The notes beneath the pieces are model-generated. The model was not told where the DNA came from. It ran no database searches and was given only the letters and a program-made list of their open reading frames with translations. A stretch of DNA of 64,000 bases from Raillietiella orientalis. Lineage: Eukaryota. Below are positions 50,068-64,000 of this stretch, one piece after another (within the stretch, counting starts at the first letter, position 1; each line of letters starts with the position of its first letter). The position numbers were made by a program, and so were the translations under genes. Where the stretch lies: the NCBI GenBank assembly GCA_036172245.1, contig JAYWIR010000007.1, positions 4,836,001 to 4,900,000 of the forward strand. The letters run 5' to 3'.

Positions 50068-52519
50068 AATACTTTGATATACTGAGTTGGTATCAATGCT
50101 GGAGGCTGCAGAAGTTGAGAAACAAAAAAAATAAAGCATCAATTAGTGCATTTAGATTTGGCTGTTATTGGTATAAAAGCAAAAACAAAAGGAACGGAAC
50201 AATCTCATATTCTTGTATCAAGTTTGACTTTCTATTTGCCATTGGCATTGTAGTAAGTGAGCATGCGGGGAGCATCAGGCAAGAAAATCCGTGGCCGTCG
50301 TAGGATGGCATGGATTTCGAGTCTTCGACACTTTAGATACGTAGGGCAGACTAGGTTTCCCGAAAGTTGCTCGAAATGCCGAAATTCCTGCCTGAAATTC
50401 AAATTCCACAAGAGAACATCAAGAAAGAAAGAACGTTTAGGGAATGGCTAACAAGCGTTCCTTTCGGACAGCATGAAAAGAGGGTTGTCGGTGATGCAAT
50501 GTACGTTGAAGGAAGTTGGTTTACTCCGTTCTCTGTGTTTCCAATCGCCTTGCACTGCAAATTGCTGCATTCCTACCACGCAAGGCGAGGCTTGTTTTGT
50601 GGTTATCGGTTAATGCTCCCGATCGAAGTTCAGCAACAACCCGATCCGATTTTTCCTCGTCACAGTTTGCAGCGAACCCATGTGAAGGTTATTTGTCACG
50701 GCAAGCCTTTCCCTTCCGATTTCACTTTTGGATTATTCGACCGAAGAAATATTCGGTGCGTGCGGCCAACTTGAAAGTATTTTGAAAGTGACTCCACATC
50801 ACGTGAGAGCATTTCTGTCCCGGTAAAGCTCCAGTCCACTGTTCCACATCTTTTTTGAAAAATTGCAGCGAGGAAAAATTTTTTTTTTAATGTAACATTC
50901 CGTTTCCTGTTTGGTGGAACTCACGGTTTCCATGCGGGAGATATCAGTCATTCTTCAATGAGAACAAATCGAACTGTCATAAGATGAACAGAACGAATCA
51001 GATTTTTCTAAAATCGCTGTCAATCTATGTAACGTTTTATGAAAGAGTTCGTTGAAACAACTTGAAGCGTATTTTACGATTAGACCACAGTAAGATTAAT
51101 CCCGGAGTGCTTAAATGGTAAAGATACATCCGGATGGGACGATTTAGGCTCGTGCACGGTGTTAATTTCTTAATGAAGGAATAATTATCAAGCAGAGTTG
51201 TGAGCTGTTACGTGACTTAGTAGGTCAACACTGCTCCTACACATTACTTATCTTACTAATGAAAAATGGAATATCCTTTGGCTGTCGCATCATAACAAGT
51301 TTGGAAAGTTATTCACAGGCATAACTAATTTCTCCTTTAGCTTTGAAGCAACAGAAACGCACTTCGGTCTTCGGTCGTGATATTTTGCTGTTTTTTATCG
51401 TGATATTTCCTCTTCCATACAGTTCGATCGGAAGCATACTTTTGAAATTTTATCAAATAGTGAATATGGTTTCACACTCCGCAAGGATTAATTTGAAAAA
51501 TAAAGAAATGAAGGTATACAAAAAAAAGATCGCACCACAGCTGAATGCATTAATACTGGAATTCCTGCAGCTCTTAACAGAGAAAACACTTTCACCTTTT
51601 AACCGAGATTGCAATAAAAACATCAATAGGCAGGAAAAAAAGAAATCAATCACCTAATATGAAAAGCGCTTTTCTATGTTTTAAGGTGCAATTCATGCAG
51701 TTACTTTATTTCACTCTTCTATTTTCTCTGATGGATTAGGATTACTGAAACGTTGAGAAAGTTATGATGTATAATGTATCTCGTGAAATTTGGGAATTGT
51801 AAACTTCGATTCGAAGTACTCTTTACAGTAGAAATCTATGTGGAAAACTGTCTATGGTTTTCTTGCATTCTACTTTCCAATTATAAAAACCAAAAGTAGG
51901 ATTACCAGATCCATATTTTACTAATAATGCTAGAACTTCGCCTGAATAATTAAATACATTTTTCAAAGAATTTACATAGTGGGAAAAAATATATAGTTTT
52001 GTTGATATTCGTCCTCTGGAAATATGGATACCTTCACGATCATTTCGAGGTATACTTGGTCTTCAGTAAACCTTGAATGGACACCGAGTATTATGGAATT
52101 CCAAAGAAACATGGTTTCTTCATCAAATTATGATATATTCCAGAGAAACTATGATTCATTTTTGAAAAGATTCATGAGTGTACGAGTATTATAATACATG
52201 AGGAATCTGTTTCAACATAAATCATCAAGGACAAATGAGAAGTTAGCATAAGAAACGTAACAGGTCCTACGCAAAGAGTTGCAGGAAAAATGGCCTCTTA
52301 TCGAGAAAGTAGCACACTTCCAATTTTGTGATCAAAGCACATTATTACATATTTCACAAATTAAAAAAAATGTCTGTAACATGAAGTTAAATTGTGTATA
52401 AATGTTTGGGATTGAACACAAGCCGCACTCAAAACACATTAGTTGCTCATTCCGATTCGTTTCAACCGTGAAATCTTGGAAAATTCGAGTTTTTGTGTTC
52501 ATTATTTTTTTCCATAGGA

Positions 52520-53330
52520 ATGTTCACCTGATCAAAATTCCAGGACTCTGTGAGAATAAGAATACATAGTTAAGACTACTCTTACAAATAACAAAATAAA
52601 CACCTGTTCTGAATAATTAATGGCTCAGGTCATTGGATGCCAATTTGAAACACTTGATCTAAAGCACACAGTAGTTTTCCGATTCTGCACTTTCTATAAT
52701 ATAATGAGCCTATAGAGAGAGACAATTATTTTTCACATTGAAGTTTTCACAGACCACTGGGTAAGCAGCATTCGCTGATTTAATACCTGTCGCAAGCAAA
52801 GAGAAGTTGTAATCTAGAATGAACGTAAATCCTCATGTCACACATTATCATAATTAAGGAATTGCGGGTTGAATTTCGTACATCTGTTCTTGAATTGTGA
52901 TTTCTTTACACACAAAATAATTTATTTTCTTATTTGCCTAACACATCATTCGAAGTTCCAGAGACATTGCACACTCCATATGGTTCAGGAGTCCCAAACT
53001 TAATTTTTTGATAAACCTGGTTTTCCCACTTTGAAGGTTGACCAAAGCATTCGTTAGGTTATGAACTCTAGTTTTCCATAACGACCAGAAACTTGCTGAA
53101 TGCTAAATGTTGAGGATGCATTCATAAGAAAGCAAAAATTCCAATTGGCATACGACGCTTCTATGAATTCATGAAGTAATGTTTCTAGCAACCCTCGTGA
53201 ACTTTTCTTTGAAACTTCATAACCACTGATTTGTAATGTTAATATTGTTTTGCTTTGTTGGTATGAAGCTCCAAAAATTAAATTCTGGAGCAACGAGCTG
53301 GTAATAAAGAAGAGTTCACATTGCAAATTC
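52520..53330 (-). pseudogene. Possible decayed spliced C-type-lectin-like gene fragment
   Basis: SYANW...NECFGQPSKWENQ...PYGVC in mixed frames, plus short exon-like blocks with AG/GT ends at 52.5-52.8 kb. Contains stops. Confidence 0.25.
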
Positions 53331-53872
53331 TGGATACATACTCTTCATTAGTCGGCTTACCAACAAGTTCTAAAAAAGCGTCAAATTCTTAGGATAAACT
53401 TCTAAGGAAAAATGAACCACAGCGGAGCTGCCTTATGCCGGCTTCCCGGAAGATGAATGAACGAAAAGAAAACCAAAGCACGATTAAGTATTGATTCAAA
53501 CACTCATCAGTTAGCTATTTCTTTTCCAATGGCATGCAAACCATGATTAATGGAAAGTGGGGATCCTCTAAAATTACTTTTACGGGATACCATGATTTTG
53601 TCGATCGTATCGCAAAAGTTACTCAAAAAACAAATTTACAGAAACAAAGGAGCTTTTCAAATTTGGAATTTTAATTTCGAAGGTATTACTCCTGCTATCA
53701 ATCCAGTAGGGTTTTGAAACACCCGAAAGCATTTGCTTTGCTGACCTTATTTGGGTGAGCAAAATTCTAATGCAAGGAAGTTGGCAATGCTATTTTTAAA
53801 AACCACTTATAAACATGGCAAATTAATTATTTTAATATAAGAATAACAATTCCTCTTTACAAAAATGAGTTT

Positions 53873-56344
53873 TTAATTCGCATATTTTCTTTTTGTCAAG
53901 TGACGATTTTGTTCCTTATTTCTGCATTTGTATATTCTTCCTCTGTGATGTTTATGAAGACCAAACTTGTATTCCTGCCACGAAGTGTAAGGGCCATTCT
54001 CCTGTACACGCAAGATCTCTGGTAAATTTACTGATCCAAGGCACAGAATGTTAACTTTCTGGAGTTCATCTTCCGGAATAGGAGTTATGAGATATAACTG
54101 ATGTTTCCTGACATCAATGCCACGAACAATTCCTAAGTGAAATTACCGTGATGAACTAACCATGTTACCTACCATATCCTAAGCATTCCTGAAAAGGAAA
54201 ATCCTTCAAAACTCTAATGCCATTTTCCAATTCAATGAAACTTGTGACTGGCTGATCTTGAGACACCAGGCCTACAAAGCTGCCATTCATAGCATATGGA
54301 ATTTCATATGGTGACAATTCCATGTGACACACAAAAAAAAAAATACATTCCCACTGTATCCTAAAATACTATAAATATCGAGTTCACTGTAAATCAAATG
54401 ACGAACATATATGGGCAAAAGCCACGAATGGGTATATCTAAATGTTCTGCATGTTGGTACAGCTGTGTGAAATATGACAATAGATTGATATCACGCAGAG
54501 TTGACGCTTTCTGGAATCTGCTGAGCTTTAATGCCAGGTCTAAATTTATAAGCTCACCCATCGGAATTGGTACAACATTCTCCTTTTTTGGAAATAGAAG
54601 CAAACTTGAAATAATGATATTCAGATATTGATATGCTGTCATCTGGCACTATAAAGTGGTTGTGACCCTTTACATTTGCAAGGGAAAGATCCGGATAATT
54701 CTGCTTATCATTTGCACTCCGAATCTCGCCTATGATAGTAGGATGCACCATGCGGATTGTTTCTATGAGCATATCTTCACCCAGTCCTAAGTATACAAAA
54801 AGTTTTTTTTAAATGACATCTCATGCACCAACCAGTAGGCCATCCCATAGTGTTGACTACCAAAATAGTTACTTTATCCATGGTTTCTAGTTTTTCCAAG
54901 AGATACTTAATAGCATTCAGATATCTCCATGGGTTCAGCACCACACTTATTATGCCTATGAAGATGGCACTACAGAAACAAGGATATTTCTCACAGCAAG
55001 AACTACAACCAACAGTGTAAACCTTAAGGGCTGTAGATGATGCGTAAAATTGGGACCAAAAAGAGGTTCAGTCACTTTCACAAGAGACAAGACACCAGGT
55101 GGCGAAAATTCTGACTGTCCCGGATCAACATCTAAACAAAGGACCTCTTCACGATATCTAAGATATGAATTGAGGAGGTAGCGCAACAACGTGGACTTTC
55201 CCACTGATTTGCCCCCACATATAATGACTTTGGATGACACTATTACAAATAACAATCAGTGCAATTCAATAGCAATAAGCAACTCACAGCCAGATTCTAC
55301 TTCCTGCAATGAATGAACCACAATCTGTTCCCAGGTAGAATCAGTCTTCAAAGTTCGCAGAGATAATCTGTTTGAAGGAGAAAGAAATAAACATGCAAGT
55401 CTGTTTGTCACAAAGGCGTCCAGTTCACTGGCGCTTTCATCTGCATGCTTTCCGGGGAACAAAGTCGGAAAAAAGTTTTTTAAAGCACTGATTGAAATAT
55501 CTTTTAGAGCTTTCAGAATCACGAAAACACAATTGCGGTTTTCTTGGACAAATTCATGGATAATATTTCGCACCTCACTGTCATTTGTTTGCAAACTAAG
55601 ATGATCATTCACTGGACCATAGGTTTCTATTGTCATCAGGGAATGACTACGGGGGGAATACACTTTGTGAGACTTCAAAGATGGAGAACAGACATATCCA
55701 TTCACCATCACTGATCCAATCACAACTTCTAGCTGAAGGAGTCCCCAAAATGATAACTTACAAGGATGAACAAGACTCATAAGGATTCCATCACTACTTT
55801 GAAGCAACCAACATTTAACCTTGTTGGTAAAACAACTAACAAATGATGAATCATTTGTGCTTATCGAATGTTCCATCTCTAAAGGTTCTTTATGATGAAT
55901 GTTATTCAATGATGAAAACATTTCTTCATTAGTTTCCTTGTAAACATTCATTGGTAATTTGAATTCCTCTGGTTCTGAATCTACTTCTAATTCTTGCTCA
56001 GATTCCACAATAGCAAAAGAATGATCCACATTATTAATGGTTTCTCCTTCTGATACAATCTGTTTTCGGAGAATGCATGCTCCTAATTTTTTATGCACTT
56101 TACAAGAATAAAGTTGAGAACTTTTAAGAATTTCTGCATCAATATTGTTTTTCAATTCTACAATTCTTTTGTTTCTGCATGGTCTATGAGGTCCTGCCAA
56201 CACTCTTTTTAACTTCAAACTCACACCATATCTATACTTTACTTTCGAATTTCTATAAAAGGGAATCAGAGGAACTGGAGAACAGAAATATCTAAATCAC
56301 ACATACCTGGTAACTTGGCTATTAATTACTGTTTTCATTTTCAT
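53873..56344 (-). CDS. NOL9: Polynucleotide 5'-hydroxyl-kinase NOL9/Grc3 (Clp1 family)
   Basis: CGGKSVGKSTLLRYLLN (Walker A), LDVDPGQSEFSPPG, LFGPNFTH, LVVNTMGW, GIVRGID...LYLITP. First exon MKMKTVINSQVTR splices in frame; TAA at 53873. Confidence 0.93.
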
Positions 56345-56634
56345 CAAAACAAAAAACAATGATACCTCTGAACAGAAATAAAAGACATATGTGATAAGAA
56401 ATACAAATTAAAGTCATGGTGGTAGACATTGTGAATCAGTTCACTTCCACCAAGTTGTGATTTAAGGTTACAGTACAGTGTAACGTAAGTTCACTATTTA
56501 TGATCAAGGAACAAAATTAAATGAGAAAAATGAGTGCAATAGAATATACTTTTTAATGAAAAATTGAAAACATTTCTACAATGAAAGCATATGGGATAGC
56601 TTAATTTAATAATTCAGAAAATGCAAATGACATA

Positions 56635-59600
56635 TCATGTTTCTGTCCTTTCAACTTGCTTAAATTTTGAAATTCTCTCTTTTTCAAGTTCTTCTAAATT
56701 TTTTTCAAGCATTTTTATTTCATCAAATTTATGATCTGCTCTAAAATCAAAAAAATCGAATAACGATTTTTCCTCAACAAGAGTTACCTCGCTTGTTTTA
56801 AGTAGTTTCGAATAATTACGATTTGAGAAAGTAGTGGGTCATTTTCGCTACTACATGGCTGTGCATTTGTAGGCATCCAACCAAGATTTGCAATTAAATG
56901 CTGAAAAATAGGAAAAGGAGCATTTCAGTCATGTGCAGGTAAGATGTAACTCAAAAGGTCTTTACCTTCTGAGTTACATTTCACATTATAAAGGTATGAT
57001 TTGCAAAATACCTTTTATTTTATTTTAAACAAAAACCTCAAAAAACGAATAAATAAATAAATACGCTGGCTTCCTTATAGAAAGAAAAAATTAAAGCATG
57101 TTTACAAGAAATTTCTTATAAGCTTTAGCAGCAATTTCAAACCTAGAAGAATGGATGAAAACAAACCAAACCAAATCATTTCACTCAGTAATTCTTTAAT
57201 ATCTATGGCATGAATATGAGTATGGAATGATGTAGAGAACATATACTGGACCTACTGATAGAAGAGAGTAGACAATATTATTTAAATAGGCAAAATCTCT
57301 TAGGAGAGCATAACTATTATTTCAATATCAGGAAGTCAAAACATGAATTACGACTGCTGTGATCCTCACAGTCTACTTTTGAACCAATCAAGAAATCGGT
57401 TTGGTGCCAAGAACTTTCCTCATAACTACTTTTGGGTTTCCATTTTATCCAATGATGGCATAATAAGGCATGAATATAACGTAAGAGTTGTCTATAAAAA
57501 AATGAAACTACATACACCATGAATAGTAAAAATCTAAACAGAAAAACATTTTTGTAGAATTAAAGTTTTCTAATCAAGTCTATTTCTGCTTTTACAGCAA
57601 AATAAAAACGAAAAAAAAAAAAAAAAGTTTGCAATCCCCAAAGGAAAAACTACCTATGTGAATTTACATTTGCAAATAAAGACACATTGAATGCATTTAT
57701 CAAAAAACACTTTATTATTGGAATTCATTTTTTATTGGAATTCATTTTTTTCTACTCCATGTTTTTTATTTAAAAAAATGAAAAGAAATTTTTTTTATTT
57801 GCAAACTAATTCAAAACCAATCTCAGATTTTGTTTTGGGATGAAGAAATAGCAGATTAACAAGATAAGCCAGGAAGACAAATGAATAAAAATTTGGAAGA
57901 ATTGAATTAGTTTGGGTGGAAATATAAGTGCATCCTTTTTGAAACCAACCACATTTACAGCCAATGAAATATTTTTAACGGAATTAATAGATTGCATTAC
58001 AAACTTTTGTTGTATCAATATCCAGAATATACAAAAGTAGGATTCTACTGATGACTGGAACATACTAAAAACTAAAAGAGCGAAACTCACGGAGAAGGCT
58101 CAAAAATTAAAAGTAAGTGTTTCCTTTGTACTGATATTTCAAAATGAAATTTCAAAAAAGAAGAGAAAGAAAGTGTAAAGAAAAGTTTTCTCTCTGATTA
58201 CGATAAAAAAATTGGGACACACAAATGACAAGGACACACAATTGAACGGAAGTTTAAAATGCACAACTGAAGAATACAACATCAAAAACCTCCTTATTCT
58301 GCAGATCTACTGCTCGTCATAAATGGTAACCATATCATTAAAGTGACTGTTTCACAAGAGCACTAACTACAAAAGTATACCAAATACGTGTTTGGAAAAT
58401 GTTATAAGAGCACAACTCATTTGCTAAGGAAGCTGGATTCATTTTCAAGCATTTTTATGAACTTAGCTTAGCTTAAAATCCTTACTTTGCCATTTTTGTA
58501 ATAAGCAGGCAGAGAACCAGTTTGGAAGTTTCCATTTATTGTATTCACACGTAGAGTAGCCAGTTTTTGGGCTTCTGCTTCTCTCTGCAGTATAGCTCTT
58601 GGGTCATAATTGGATACTGCCATTCATACTTAATTGCAAACTGAATACCTACGATCTTGGATTTTTTGAGTTAAATCTTCCTCTGATGGCAAAGATGGAA
58701 TACTAGTTAAATGTTCTTTCAAGTACATTAGAACTCTTGAACGTATAGCCTGCTGCAGTTGTAACTCCTTTATTGCTGAATTCTTATCACCCAAGGTTTC
58801 AATTTTTTTACTAAAAAGCATAAAATTTATCATTCAAGATGTCATATTTTACCAAACCAATACTTAAGAAGGAATAAGATGAAGTCTGAACACTTGAAAT
58901 GCCACTATACTTCTCAGAGCCGATGCAATATGAAATTTTTAACTTGAATTGTCAACTGAGTAGTTTTTTTTTTTTTTTAAGAAAAAGAAAGACAGAAAAG
59001 ATACCAATGAAAAAGTTACATGCAATTAATTTACCTGATTTCATCAATAATTTTGGCCAGCGTCATTATCTTGGAATGCAATTCCTGAGCATCTTTCAGG
59101 GAACATACTGTAGATCCAAATCTGAAGAAAACAGTTTTTGAAAATGGTTGTTTCAGTTCAGCATCATTTACTGGAGTGCTCTGACAATTTCTCCATAACT
59201 GGATAATAAGTGATCAGCCTGATTAATGTGTACTTGCAAGTCATCATAAAGTTGCAATAACTGTGGCTTTTTCTTTTCGGAATGAATTTGATGCCAAAAC
59301 TTCTCCAAAATCTACAAGAAAGAGATACGTGAATAAGAAACACTGAGGAAAATAAAGACAAGAAAAAAACTACAATAAATAATTTTTCATTTATAGATCA
59401 ACCAATAAGGCAAGGGAAGGTTATTTATTCATCATAAAGATTGACAATCCAATACATGCTGCTGGACATAAGTGTTTAATTTGATTATTTGACACAATCG
59501 AAATTAAAGGCTATTTTATTTTAAAGCAACTGCTGAATCATCCACATTGCTTCATTATGTGAAGTAGACACCCTGCTGCTAGGTTAGTTAGCGTATTAAC

Positions 59601-62600
59601 TTGACCATAAGTGCTCATGTTGTATCACTTGTACTACTGGATCTACGTTCTACATGCTTTTATCATTTATGTGACAGCACATGAACTCTAGTTATTGTTT
59701 GCTTCATAACTCCCCAAACAATGAGGTACTTTTCCTGAATTGCTACTAATCTTCCTTATGCTGACAGAAATATTGGTTTGTTTATGTAACATTTGATCTC
59801 AATAGCAATGAGCAAATTCATAGCGTGGTTATGATATTAAAAAGTTCATATCAAATATAACCTGCCTTCATTTTATTTGACCAGAAAATAATTCCTTTTA
59901 TAAATGACTCTGAAGCTTGAAAACTGGCACGTATACCAACTCCAAACTTGAAAACATTACCAACTTCCACTTGTAGGTAGCTGTAATAAGCTGTATGTAT
60001 CTCTATCTTCTAGCTGTTTTTTTTTTTTTTTTTTTATCAATAGGCAAAACAAGCAATCAAATCAAGGTGTGCTCACTTTACAATAAAAAGTTTTTTGGGG
60101 GGCAATGTTTAAAAGTTCTTTCTTTTTTTCTTATTTCTTGTTTGTTTTTGACATGCACCTATTACTTATTTCGTGGAATGATTATAAATCTTGTATTTTC
60201 CAGTGTTTTCGGCCATAATATGCTTTATGTTTGTATTTTCTCCTTTTTTCATACTTGACTGCTTCATCTTCATGTAATTGAAAGATCTCAAATAGTATTT
60301 CTAGAACTAGTTTATTCTTGAATTTCAAAAGGCCTTTACAACTGGAACTCGAATTTTTTTTGAAGCAAAGACCTTGAATTCTAAATACTATTTGAGATCG
60401 CCTCACATTAGTTGAAAATCTTTGGATTTTGTAATAAAACAGCTAGTTAAACATCCAGCTTTTAAATTACAGGTAGTAATACATAACGAAAAATTCGAAT
60501 ATGCACTATTTGTCACTGATTACTTTTACTCAGCTATCATATCAGACAGCTGGTAGATTTAAAACTACTCAGTTATTTGCCAATATTACATAATAAACAT
60601 GTTTTTGATTGTAGATAACTTGACAGCAGTGTTAAACACTGCTCCTTGTTTCAGTTTCAACATGATTTCATCTGATACACAGATGAAATTGTAATTGAGG
60701 CTGAGTTCTTTGAAAAATTTCATTTCTTTTGATACATAGCAAAGAAATTGCCATATTTTACGGAAAATGCAAGAATACATAAAAATTTATTTTACATTTT
60801 GAAAAGCAAAAAAAATGAAATTCAGTGTATGGAAAAAAGTAAAGGTTTCAGTAAAAAAAAATATAGCAGCATATTTTGAAATTAACTATTTACTTCGCAA
60901 ATTCTGATTTTAGCCCTACATAGAATTATGCGCTATTTACATCATTTAGGGCAGTATACTTTTGAAACTTCACAAACAAATGCCAATACCTTTATGCAAT
61001 GTTGACACACTCGAACAAAGACTGCTGATGTCACTTTTCCTGGAGTAAACTTAATTGCTGTTAAGCGATCCTCTAAACTTGTCCTCCTTACAAGGTTGAT
61101 GGGAAAGTCACATATGGAACCATTTGTTTTGATATTTTTTTTATCGAGAACATCAGGTATAACCAGTAGCATGGTTTCTAAATAAAAAAAATTATTGAAA
61201 TGGACCACTAGATATTAGCAATTATACCATTTAAACACATGTGAATGCTAGTAAAATAAATGCTCTGTAATAACCAAAACATTGGAGAAAAGCTTTAATA
61301 ATATATAGTTACACAATTAAATGAAACTGCATTTAAACCTCAAAACACCTAATATCACTTTTCACTTCTTAAGCATTTAAAAAACAAGCAATCAAATACT
61401 ACATACACTTATTTACGATCTTATCAATAATTTATGCTAACAATTTTCAGAGTGAGATAATTTGAAGAAAATATTCCTACATCAACCAGAATTATAACAA
61501 GTTACTGATTACTTTTAAGAAATCTTCAACTGTAGTTACTTCTAGGAAACAGAGAAACTTCTATGTAAATAAACATTTTAATAACACCATGTTTTTTGAT
61601 GCACGACCTTACATTGAAATTCATGCAAACTTTCTTTAGATGTTTTTAAATGTAGTTTATGTATTTTTATCGTAAAAACATGCGTATTCTGTCATTGACA
61701 TGTATTGTGTACATGAAAATAATTTAATTTTACCCTAAGATGAGCTAGGTCAGAACAAATAAAAGCACTATTATTAAATGGTGATTGATATGTGCTCAGC
61801 TGTTTATATTCTCTTGAACAAAATAGCTATTTTAAACTAATGAGAGTGCGTCAATTGTTAAAGTAACACGAACAACATGAATTCCTAGACTGAAGCATGA
61901 CACTTCAAGAAATTCTACATAATAATAAATATTAAATAACACTGGGAACTTAATCAGCTTTTCCATATTTTTAAACTGAAGTTGTAAAAGATCATTATAA
62001 TATTTGCGACACAAAATTGACATATGACTACTAAACTTATAAATTTATATAAAGATTCCCCCCCTCTCCGCAAAGTTCTGGTTCATCAACTGTTGTTGCA
62101 AATCAGTTGCCCATGAAAGCAACAAACAAATCAATACACCTTCAATGAGTGAAACGCATCTGAATAACTTCATTGAATTTAAGAACTCATCAATATAACT
62201 AAATGCTAAATTAATGCGTAAATAAAGGTAATTTAAAGCATTATCTTTGAATTCAATAAAGTAACTGAAAATGACGTACTGTTCCATGTGCAGAATCCAT
62301 TTTAAAATAACGTTCTAAGTACAGTACCTGTAAACATTTCTCATTAGTCTCTGTTAACAAGAAATTTATAAATACTTAATGTAAGTGTTTAGATATAATT
62401 TAATATCTTTATTACAAGTTTTATATCAATTTAATTATGCAAAAAACATATGATAGTTGTTATAAAAACACACTGGATTCCTTGTGAACAAAACTGCATG
62501 ATCAAAACTTTACTTTGCTTTTCTTATTCTTACATAGAAAAATTAAGTTGATATACAAAATATAAGCATGCATGGAATCAATAATAAGAAACCTGAAAGT

Positions 62601-63897
62601 TTATAAAAATGAGACATAATCATTCGCACCAATAAGGTAGTTTAACTACCATTTAATTGAAGCATGCTTAGTTTTAAAGCTCACAAAATAATGTCAATTT
62701 CATCTTTAAATCCTGCTATTGAACAAATAAACACTGAAGTCAATAATAGATATGCTCAATTATGTTGGGTGCTTTTTATGAGCCACATTTAAAGATGGTA
62801 CTTTCATACTTTAAAAAATAATGTACAACATATACATTGTATATCGCACACAATAATATGTATGACAGGTAAAACTGCCTTAAATTCCCACTTATGGTTC
62901 TCTTGTGAATTTTAATTTTTTTCAAGATTTACAACTGAACAAAATATTTGGTGCTTTAAAATTTGTTAAACTTAAGTAGCATTCATCCAGAAAAGAATAT
63001 TTGGTGCATTAAATAAATATTTGGTTACGTAATATAAAATGGCACCTGATCAGTTCTTACACTAGATCAATCCACTACAAAGACAGTCAACCAGATTGCC
63101 TTTGTAATGGATTGAAGCCAGAAAGAGAGTGCACTCTGTGGACTTAATAATTACATGCAAATTATCTGACATAAAAATTATCAGAAAAATTATTCATCTC
63201 GCTTGCATTTATGTGCTTATTTATGTGTTATAAATGCACATTATTCATTATTTTGCTTTGGAATGTACAATCTCATAAAATTGTCCATCCCAAACATTTT
63301 CACAAAACTTAAAAACTTACTTGCAGCTATTACATCTAAAAATGCAGAACATGAACTGCATGATATGTAGCCACACAATCTGCAATGATGTCTTCTTCTT
63401 GCTAATGTAAAAGGTCTGGTACATAAAGGGCATAATTTGACACATTCATCTTCTATCCATGGAACAATTTTTTTCTCTATCCCTTTAAATAAAGGAAGAA
63501 TTTTCAAAAATTATACAGCATGACTTGTATGTTGCATTCAACAGCTGTATGTATACTCCACTATGAACTTGAAACACACCTTTACGTTGAATGGGATCCT
63601 GTGGAAGTTCAAGAATCAATTTTTCTAATCTTCTTGAGAGTTTGTTAGCCTCCATGGTAGTTCTGTCAAGTTTATCTCCACGACACAATTTAAAAAAATT
63701 ATAATGATTTCTTGAAACACCTAAGCTAAAATGACAGCAATAGACGGATGAAAGCAGCTTACCTATAATATAAGCATCATTCTCTATGTTCGTGGGACAA
63801 TACCCTAGGCTGGCAGATGGCCTACCCTCCTCTGAGTATTCATATTGTGAAGTTAATTCGATCTGCTTGAAAATACGTGCAGCTTTATTAAATATTC
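56635..63897 (-). CDS. RBSN: Rabenosyn-5 (FYVE-finger Rab effector), 5' exon(s) beyond the window
   Basis: EANKLSRRLEKL; FYVE VPWIED...CPLC...RRRHHCRLCG; LQQAIR...YLKEHLTSIPSLP; C-terminal Rab-binding DPLLSQIVIIRNYLKQAR|ADHKFDEIKMLEKNLEELE; TGA at 56635. Confidence 0.92.
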
Positions 63898-64000
63898 CTT
63901 GAAATTTAAAAAGAATGGATGTCAATACAATTTAAGTATTTTTTATCATAAGTATTTTTCGCAATGAACTGTACATTTCGTACGGAATTTATTTTTAAAC

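Noticed and set aside
50257..50785. GC-richer ORFs after ESD, including an RTE-like GKKIRGRRRMAWISSLR
   Set aside because: Single short motif with no supporting RT sequence; cannot be assigned.
1..64000. CRISPR arrays, rRNA, tRNA, telomeric arrays or prokaryotic operons
   Set aside because: No repeat-spacer periodicity or RNA gene signatures were seen. The DNA is intron-containing and eukaryotic; poly(A/T) runs are ordinary low complexity.

Overview
Eukaryotic, AT-rich genomic window, most likely from an invertebrate animal, with very short spliceosomal introns (many 44-57 nt). Host genes reconstructed by hand: thymidylate kinase (-, 3' end off-window), an SLC16/MCT transporter (+), a secreted mosaic EGF/F-type lectin/C-type lectin locus (-, partly disabled), esterase D/S-formylglutathione hydrolase (+), NOL9/Grc3 kinase (-) and rabenosyn-5 (-, 5' end off-window). 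Between ~9.8 and ~26 kb lies a visibly GC-richer island. It contains a near-full-length decayed L1/Tx1-type LINE, a second gag-knuckle ORF1 remnant, and several intronless, frameshifted ORFs that I cannot assign. One is a 554-aa ORF with a 321-nt tandem duplication of a bZIP-basic-like motif. This part may be an old endogenous DNA virus or large mobile element, but no hallmark gene was recognised. Also present: a decayed hAT/BED transposase, a Fat-like EGF/LamG/TM remnant, a 185-bp inverted repeat pair and an apparent non-canonical TG 3' splice site in ESD. No rRNA, tRNA or CRISPR was seen. Exon boundaries and family calls come from reading the sequence, with no database searches.
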